From the NCBI RefSeq assembly GCF_009914755.1, contig NC_060928.1: 64,000 nucleotides of DNA, one strand, 5' to 3'. Shown one piece after another: positions 55,571 through 64,000 of this stretch. Below the pieces are notes generated by a model that did not search any database, was not told where the DNA came from, and worked only from the letters and a program-made list of their open reading frames with translations. The DNA is from the human T2T-CHM13v2.0 reference genome, Homo sapiens. The translations under genes were made by a program, and so were the position numbers. Positions within the stretch are counted from its first letter, which is position 1. Every line of letters begins with the position of its first letter.

Positions 55571-56636
55571 GTGACTACTTCCTTACGTCATCATCTCAGT
55601 CCTGAGACAGAAACAGATCACCTGTGAGCAGGGGAGAAGCACATGGAGCACTGCTCTCTATGAAGGACTGGAAAAGGCCCATATCTGGCTTCCTAGGTCC
55701 TCTCTTCCCGCATGAGCCTCTATACATGCTGCTGCTGCTGGGAGGCTGTAGGCTTCTGGCTGGAGGGCAGACCCTGTCTATCTCTCTTTCTCTTGCTGAG
55801 CATGAGAGCAGGTAGGTGGGCTAAACCCCTCTGAAAACCTAGATACCAGCAATAGCCATACTGAGAAGAAAGGATGGCAGGACCTCTGTTTGCTACTGCA
55901 TTTCTAGGCACCAGCCTGGAGTCTGGGGATGCTCTGGTTAAAATGCTTAGCCCCTGGTCCTATTGGCCATACTCAGATCAACCCCTGTGGAGTGTACTCC
56001 TGAGCCTCAGGACACAGCGGGCCTTTAGAACTCTCCTGAAGCCTAGGTTTCTCCTTTATTTCTAGTGAACTACCTAGAAAAGTTCGAGTCTATAGGCCTG
56101 TGATTTCAAGCTCTGGGTGTGCGCTTGTCTGAGGTATGGAGAAGCTTCCTGAAGAAACACATCAGTCAGTTACACTGGCCATTAAGGAATCTTCGGCACA
56201 CCCAGCCACTGTAGCCTGAGAGGTAGGAAAGAGACTGAGAGACCGGTGCTGGGTAAGGCACAAAGGTGAGACAGAAAAACTCCACAGATTATGGTTTGTG
56301 TGATAAAGAAAGGGGCCAAAGCTCATACTTACATTTAAAACCAGGAACACAGTAGCAGCTGGGTAAAGAATATAATTAAGAATCAAGCAGTGGAAGAGAG
56401 GACAGGTATTCTTGACCAGAGCAAGGGCATTCAGGACATAGATGAGAACTAGAGCCCAGAGAGACTTACTGAGCGTGGGGTGTCACCACCATCCCTGTTA
56501 AAGCACACACTGTTAGCCTGGCCATGGTGGGAGAGTCATTGAAGAGGCAGAGTCAGCTGAAGGAACACTGAAGTTAAGGAGAGGGGCTCTAATAAACTTA
56601 GGAAAAAAAGAAAAAGTAAAGTGAGCATTTCTGGTC

Positions 56637-56923
56637 TTATTTTCATTTATTTATTTATTTGAAAGAGGGTCTGGCTCTGTTGCCGAGGCTGGAGTGCACA
56701 CTCCGCCTCCCGGGCTCAAACCATCCTTCCAGCTCAGCCTCCTGAGTAGCTGGGACTACAGGCATGTACCACAGCACCTGGGTAATTTTTGTATTTTTTT
56801 TTTTTTGATAGAGATTTTTTACCATATTGCTCAGGCTGGCCTCAAACTGCTGGGATGAAGAGATACTCACGCCTCCGCCTCCTAAAGTGCTGAGATTACA
56901 GGTATGAGCCACTGTGACCAGTC
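56637..56923 (-). mobile_element. AluJ with ~25-bp internal deletion
   Basis: GGAGTGCACACTCCGCCTCC joins the two TGCA motifs of the right arm. Confidence 0.9.
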
Positions 56924-57209
56924 TATTTCTGTTTTTATATCTCCAAAACTCAAAAGACTTTTTACAGATTCTACTCTTCATGGATCACTACATTTCTTCG
57001 TTTATTCAACAACTGTATATTCAGAGCCTATTGTGCCAGTTGTTAAAGTAATTTATGGCTGAGGTGAACCCAACAAGCCACAGTGCTCCTTTTGTTTCTT
57101 ACGTAAATCTTGCAAAAACATTTTTTCCTTGTCAAATACATCCATATTATCCATGCTATGAATATATATTCTTCAAATATTTACAACTTTTTTGAATTTA
57201 CATATATAC

Positions 57210-59072
57210 TTTTTTTTTTAGCTTTTATTTTCGGTTCAGAGGTACATGTGCAGGTTTGTTACGTAGGTAAACTCATGTCATGGAAGCTTGTTGTACAGAT
57301 TATTTCATCACCCAGGTACTAAGCCTAGCTCCCAATAGCTGTTTTTTTTGGCTCCTCATCCTCCTCCCACCCTTGACCCTCAAGTAGGCCACAATGTCTA
57401 TTACTCCCCTCTTTGTGTCCATGTGTTCTCATCACTTGGCTGCCATTTATAAGCAAGAACATGTAGTATTTGGTTTTCTGTTCCTGCATTAGTTTGCTAA
57501 GGATAATGGCCTCCAGCTCCATCCATGTTCCAGCAAAGAACATGATCTCATTCTTTTTTAATGGCTGCATAGTATTCTATGGTACATACGTACCACATTT
57601 TCTTTATCCAGTCTTCTATTGTTGGGCATTTAGGTTGATTCCATGTCTTTGCTATTGTGAATAGTGCTGCAGTGAACATAGCCGTGCATGTGTCTCTGTG
57701 AACAATTTCTATTCCTTTAGTTATATACCCAGTAATGGGATTGCTTCGTAGAATGGTAGCTTTGTTTTTAGCCCTTTGAGGAATCACCACACTGCTTTCC
57801 ACAATGGTTGAAATAATTTATGATTTTTTAAAAATATAATAGCCATTCTGACTGGTGCAAGATGGTATGTTATTTTGCTTTTGATTTGCGTTTCTCTATC
57901 AGTGATATTGAGTTCTTTTTCATGTGCTTGTTTGGCCATATGTATGTCTTCTTTTGAAAAGTGTTCATGTCCTTTGCCCACTTTTTAATGGGGTTGTAAA
58001 TTTGTTTAAGTTCCTTGTAGACTCTGGATATTAGACCTTTGTCAGATGGGTAGAATGCAAAAAATTTCTCACATTCTGTAGGTTGTCTATTTACTCTGTT
58101 GATAGTTTCTTTTGCTGTGCAGAAGCTTTTTAGTTTAATTAGATCCCATTTGTCAATTTTGGCTTTTGTTGCAATTGCTTTTGGCATCTTCATAAGTTGC
58201 TTTGCCAGTTCTTATGTCCAGAATAGTATTGCCTAAGTTGCCTTCCAGGGTTTTAATAGTTTTGGGTTTTACATTGAAGTGTTTAATCCACCTTGAGTTG
58301 ATTTTGTATGTGGTGTAAGGAAAAGGTCCAGTTTCAATCCTCTGCACATGGCTAGCCATTTATCCCAGCACCATTTATTGACTAAAGAATCCTTTCCCCA
58401 TTGCTTGTTTTTGTCAGTTTTGCTGAAGATCAAATGGTTGTAGGTGTGCGGCCTTGTTTCTGGGCTCTCTACCCTGTTCCATTGGTCTATGTGCCTGTTT
58501 TTTACAGTACAAAACAGTACCATGCTGTTTTGGTTACTGTAGCCCTGTAGTGTAGTCTGAAGTCAGGTAATGTGATGCTACCTGCTTGGTTCTTTTTGCT
58601 TAAGATTGCCTTGGCTATCTGGGCTCTTTTTTGGTTCTGTATGCATTTTAAAATAGTTTTTTCAATTCTGTGAAGAATGTCATTGGTAGTTTGATAGGAA
58701 GAGAATGAAATTTGTAAATAGCTTTGAGCAGTATGGCCATTTTAATAATATTGATTCTTTCTATCCATAACATGCAATGTTTTTCCATTTGCTTGTATCA
58801 TCTCTGATTCCTTCAGCCATGTTTTGTGATTATCATTATATAGATCTTTCACCTCCTTGATTAGCTGCATTCCTAAGTATTTTATTATTTTTGTGGTAAT
58901 TGTGAATGGGATTACATTCCTGATTTGGTGGTCAACTTGGCTGCTGTTCATGTATAGGAAGGCTAGTGATATTTGCATATTGATTTTGTATCCTGAGACC
59001 TTATTGAAGTTGTTTATCAGCTTAAGGAGCTTTGGGGCTGAGACTATGGGATTTTCTAGACATAGAATCATG
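57210..59072 (-). mobile_element. 5'-truncated L1PA (about L1PA11-13) with ORF2 RT/C-terminal remnants and 3'UTR
   Basis: ORF fragments [42 protein letters not shown] and FTIAKTWNQPKCP are L1 ORF2; many frameshifts; poly-T at 57210. Confidence 0.95.
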
Positions 59073-61249
59073 CAATATCGCTTTTGAGTTGCTAGAAACA
59101 CAGCAGAAAAAAATTTGAAAAAAATTAGTCAATGTGAAACTGACTTTTTTATACGAAAGAGGCAATAATTTTTGTTCAAAAGTTGCCTACAAGTCCATCT
59201 ATCCATTCTATCCAGAGCTATGAATATGTGCATTTCCACAAAGACCACTCTCCCAATTTTACCTAAAGCATTCTTCAGGTTTACAGGCTGGCCTCCCTGA
59301 AGCCTTCTTTCTTAACCTTCTTCTTTTTTTGTTGTTTGCCTTTTTGAATCTCTAATTGTCACTGCTCTGAGGGGCCCATGGTTCAGAACACTGTAGCAAA
59401 CATAGATACTCCATTTATTACATGTCAGCATGACTTACGCTTAAAGGACAGTATCCTTCAAATAAAAGACAGTGCTGATTGCTCACATTGGAGCTGCCCA
59501 TGAATACACTTACACATATTTATTGAGAACCTGCTTAGGTGTATAGGTGACACCAAACTTTAAGTTTCAGTGGTAAAAGTCACTCCAGGTTGTTTGTCTC
59601 AGGAAATTTATATTAGAAAGGTTAGGAATTTGAATCAAGTCTAGTGAAAATCTGAAGGCCAGTAAAACAATTGGGATCTCCAGTTTTGTGTCTTTTAGAA
59701 AGGCTCAAAAATGGCCAGTGGGTATCTGGTAGACCAAGAAGAACAGAGCAAGGTGGATTCCACTAATGTGTATCACCAGCAATCATTTTTAAGGTATTCA
59801 ACTAAAGGTCACACATACTTAGGCATTCTATTGAAATGTGTTAATATTGACAATGATAAATATGTGGAGATTATTTTCCCTTGCACTTTCTCCTAGGACA
59901 CTTCTCAAACGTACTATATCATATTAAAAGTAGTCTGAAAGAGTATTTTAAAACAAGTTTCATTAAGGATACTACATTTCAACCTTTATACTTTATTATA
60001 TAATACAAAGCTTACATTGTACTCTCCCTGCTTCCTGCCCCTATAAAGTATTACATTAATTTATTTTCCCTTGATTGACTATCCCTATGCAGTAGAGATA
60101 AATCCTTTTGAAGCTACACCACTGTCTAACACACCAATATTATGGACCCTTATTATTCTCATTCACCATTGAAAAAGGGATGTCTAAAGAGGCTAGCCAG
60201 ATTTCCAAAAATGTCAGAAGACAATACTGGCAAAATCCAGCATAAAATCTATTCTTCATTTTCAAACCATGAGCATTTACCACAATGCCAATATACATTT
60301 TAACGCTGGCAGTAAACTTTTGTTCTACATTAACCTTGGTCAGAAGTCAAGGTTCCTAAAGTCTTTTTGATTGACCAAGAAAATTACTCTGGAATCATGA
60401 GGCTTATGTTTTTCTAATATACCAACCAACCAACCAAAAATAATATGTGTCTCAGAGCTATCCTTTGAATGAACTTGGCCGTATCTCAGAATATTAATAA
60501 TGAATCGTAAATGTTTGATAAGCAAAGAACATGATTATAGGAAGGAGAAAAAAAACTGAGGAACACGTTAGTGACAAATAACTTTTTTTTTTCATTTTAC
60601 TATAATGAGAAATACCATCTAGATTCCTGCTGAACAGAGTAAGTCTGGAAAAGGGAGCATTAGGAGGTTGTATAAGTTTTCTAATGAAATCAGACGTCAT
60701 TGCTTCAGGCCATGTTCTCTTCTTTTAGATCTGTACAAGGAGCCACCTATACACTGCCAGATGAAATGTCTTTCAGTAACAAGGCTTCAGGCTGGCCCAG
60801 CTCTTTTACTTTCAGCTCTAAGTTCTATGACCAACAGGGGCTGTGTGATGCATTCCAACTTCAGGGCTTCCCCTGTGGTTATGGGTTATGTAAAGTCCTG
60901 CTAACCCCTAGGGTTCAGCTTCTCTCCAACTACTCCATTGTTCTTTCCTAGTGCGTCAGAGTTCCTCAGGGAGCATCTGCCTTTGCATATATGCTGAAAA
61001 TGATCACTTCTTGAAAGAGTCCATTTGCCTTGGAGAGAGATCTGAGTCTCTTATATTCTTTCTTAGTCTTCTGAGTTACTAAATCTTGTCCCAGAAACAT
61101 GCAGCAACAGGCAATTTGTCTTCTCATTTTTTTTTTTTTTTTTTTGCTGTTGCTGAGCTTCAAGCCCTGTTGTTTAATTTTGACACACACACGTATATAA
61201 ATATATAAAATATATATAATACATATATGTAAAATATACATATGATGTT

Positions 61250-61460
61250 CTTCAGGACTGTGCTCAATCTTTACAATTGTTACATAATTTAATCTTATTT
61301 TATGCTTTCAGAAACTCCTTAACTAGGTTTTTCATCCCCATTTTACAGATGAGAAATCTGAGGCCCAAAATAAATGATGTAATTTATTTAACATCAGACA
61401 GCTTGGATGTAGCACACTGATCCAAGATTTCAGATTCCAAATATTCTGTTGTTACTCTAA
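61250..61460 (-). mobile_element. MIR
   Basis: CATCCCCATTTTACAGATGAGAAATCTGAGGCCCA. Confidence 0.8.
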
Positions 61461-61539
61461 ATTATATTACTTCCATTGGCCAGATCTGTAGACAGCATCT
61501 CTTGACCTTTATTTTTCTTCATGATATTTATCACTGACA

Positions 61540-61910
61540 CTATATAACTCTGCCACTTAGGGCCATGTGACCTTAAGGAAGGCACTTCACCTGTTTGTGT
61601 CTCATCTGTAAAATGGGAATTATGATGATACCTACCTTAAAAAGGGTTGTATCAAGGGAGTTAATGCATGTAAAACAATGAGAAGAATCTTTAGCCAATT
61701 GTAAGCATAAGTGTCAATCATTATTATTAGTAGTAGTAGTACATTTATTTGTTTGGGGTTTATTATCTGTCTCCTACACAAGAAGATAACCTTCTTAACG
61801 ACAAAGACTTTGTTTTGTTGACTACTATATTCTCATTGCAAGAAGAGTGCCTAGCACATAGTAAGGGCTTAATAATTATTTATTCAATGAATGAATGAAT
61901 GCATAAATGA
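61540..61910 (+). mobile_element. MIR (~61540-61740) followed by L2 3' end (~61745-61910)
   Basis: CTCATCTGTAAAATGGGAAT; AGTGCCTAGCACATAGTAAG...AATGAATGAATGAATG. Confidence 0.8.
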
Positions 61911-62390
61911 CTTCAAGTCTTCATCATCCTTTTTCCGTGACTTATGGGATTTGGCTGCTAAAGTTCATGAGTGGGTGAACATAGTGTTTGATGTCACAGC
62001 TGCACACACTTGGTCCAGCACCCCCATATGCCTAGATACAAAGTGGGCATCACTTGTGTTCTTTGTTGTGCCTCATTCTGATGACCTTTTCGCCTGACAT
62101 TTTCTTCCCACAGGCCTCATGAATGGCCAGGCTATGCTCCACTTCCTTCAAGTTGTTCATTTCTCTTCATCTCATGAACGTGAACCTGTCCTCAATTTCA
62201 TTGCCATAAGATCTCCTCTTAGTAGGTGATGCCTAATTACTCTTTCCAATTAACATGCTATTCAAATTTGTCTAATGTTTCTTCCAGTTCTAAAATTTGA
62301 TGACCACTGATCTGATGTGACCGTGTGATTGTTTCACAATTTGATGTGTGTGATGATATTAGTATGTACAATACATGCTGTTTACCTCTA

Positions 62391-62422
62391 TCTAGTAACA
62401 AATGTTTACATTTGTTACTAGA
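62391..62422. repeat. Inverted repeat with 15-bp perfect arms and a 2-nt spacer
   Basis: TCTAGTAACAAATGT-TT-ACATTTGTTACTAGA. Confidence 0.95.
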
Positions 62423-63444
62423 GTAAGCTTTAGGGGTAGAACTTGAGTCTCAAAGCTCACGTCTTGGGAAAAAAAAAAGATCTGGTATTGATAGAACCTT
62501 GATAAATCCCTTGTTATAGCACATGTTTTTGTTTCCCAGAAGTAGGGCAAGAGCTCTCTGGCTTATCCAATCAGCTTCTTCTCCTGACTTTAGTAGAGAC
62601 ACGGGCTTCATTACTGAGCTGGGAATTTAACTTCCCTCTGTCCTATGAAAAGTAGAAGATTTTCCTAAGAGAAACCTTCAGTGAGAGCAGAACAGAAAAA
62701 AGAGCAAAGAACTAACTGAAGGAGAGGGCAAGAAATCAGTGTAGTGTGGGGCAGCAGAAGGGAAGTGACAGGTCAAAGAAAATAGGAGAGAAAAGGAGAG
62801 AGAGCTACCCAAGTAAACAGGAAAAGGGGAGGAAATACAGGGCAAAAGCAGAGAGCAGGGGAATTGGCATGACAAGAAAGTGGTGAAACACAGAGGATTC
62901 CACCAGACAACAGAGAGCCCGGTAGAGAAGAGTGGGCTAGGATAAAGAGACAGGAAACAAATGGATTAAGACATAGAGTAGCCATTGTCAGTTACCTGGG
63001 TAAGAAAAGATTGGTGGTCTAAATAAAATGCAGATTGTTCATTTACAATTCTGACTGTTTAAATTATTTATGGTACACCTTGGTGCTTCACTTAATCATG
63101 TTAAGTTACAGTTGTAATCTTATTAATTACTTGCAACCAGCTTTCTCAATGTACCATGTATAGAGGACAGCTTGTCAAGGGGTAGAAGTACTATAGCTTC
63201 ACTTTTAATCCAGTATCATCCAGTACACAAATTAGCCTTACACTGTTAGAATCTTCCTGATGATGACTGGCTGAACTAAGCATTAGTCTTGACAATACAA
63301 GTACTGCTGTGCCCATTTACAGAAAGGGAAGCAATTCTTTCCCAGAAAGTAAGATATGATTTAAATGCTTTGGCCTAATTAGCTGTGAAAAAGGACATGG
63401 CCCAGGTAAGGCTTCAGGAAAAGCCAATTAACACATGTGCATAT

Positions 63445-64000
63445 GTCTCTCTCCATTCACATCACCCAGCCTAGTCCAAGTCACCACCATCTCTTCACTT
63501 GCATTGTTACAGTAGTCTCTTAGCCGCTTTTCCCACCTCCACCTTTGATATCTCTAGTTATTCATGAGGTCCAAAATGAACTTTTAAAAATAACACCACA
63601 CTATCTCTATTTAGACTTTTCAACAGTTTCCCACTGCACAAGGGATACATTACCACAAGGAATTACACCAACTTGCCCTTGCAAATCTCATCTTTATGTT
63701 CAACTGTGCTGATCTTCATTTTCCTCCTCAGATGCGCAAATGCTTTCCCATCCCAGGGACTTCATGTTTGTTCTGCCCCAAAACTAAAACACTCTTCCCT
63801 GTTCTTCATCTGGCTAACCAATATTTGTGCTTTCTGTGTCAGCATAAACACTGTTTTCCTCAGACAAGATTTCCTGACTCCCAGCCTAGGCCAGGCCACT
63901 TCAAGGTGTGTGCTCTCCATAAAGTTTACTTCTTCTATATACATCAATTCACATAATTATACTTTAATACTTACTTGTATAATTGTTCGTGTGCTATGAC
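63445..64000 (+). mobile_element. L2 fragment
   Basis: CCTAGTCCAAGTCACCACCATCTCT...CCCATCCCAGGGACTTC, pyrimidine-rich L2 3' region. Confidence 0.65.

Noticed and set aside
54600-56600. Moderately GC-rich stretches that could be exons or ancient LTRs
   Set aside because: No convincing ORF, splice-site pair or consensus match that I can support; needs a Dfam search.
57325-59101. Reverse transcriptase-like ORFs
   Set aside because: Frameshifted, 5'-truncated L1 ORF2 fragments; non-functional.

Overview
This window is non-coding primate genomic DNA, almost certainly human, since it carries a near-consensus AluYa5 with all five diagnostic bases. It is AT-rich and roughly half interspersed repeats, and I cannot support any protein-coding gene, RNA gene or CpG island. 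The ORF track is explained by repeat remnants (THE1 internal sequence, L1 ORF1/ORF2, Alu, ERVL) or by chance. Recognisable content includes a full-length THE1 (MaLR) provirus, solo THE1/MLT2/MER21/ERV1 LTRs, an LTR40-like ERVL remnant, several L1s (some nested or rearranged), 12 Alu elements or fragments, and L2, MIR and DNA-transposon fossils. Four non-repeat signals stand out. (1) A ~290-bp local duplication (12090-12381 / 13646-13946) carries a complete splice cassette; one copy has a recursive-splice-like AG|GT site. (2) Two perfect CArG boxes lie 20 bp apart, one at the centre of a 24-bp perfect palindrome (11559-11595). (3) A 32-bp near-perfect palindrome sits at 62391-62422. (4) Several CpG-retaining, motif-rich islands look like enhancers. 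Subfamily calls are from memory of consensus sequences, and old-repeat boundaries are approximate. I do not see firm evidence for a new biological system; the findings are hypotheses to test.
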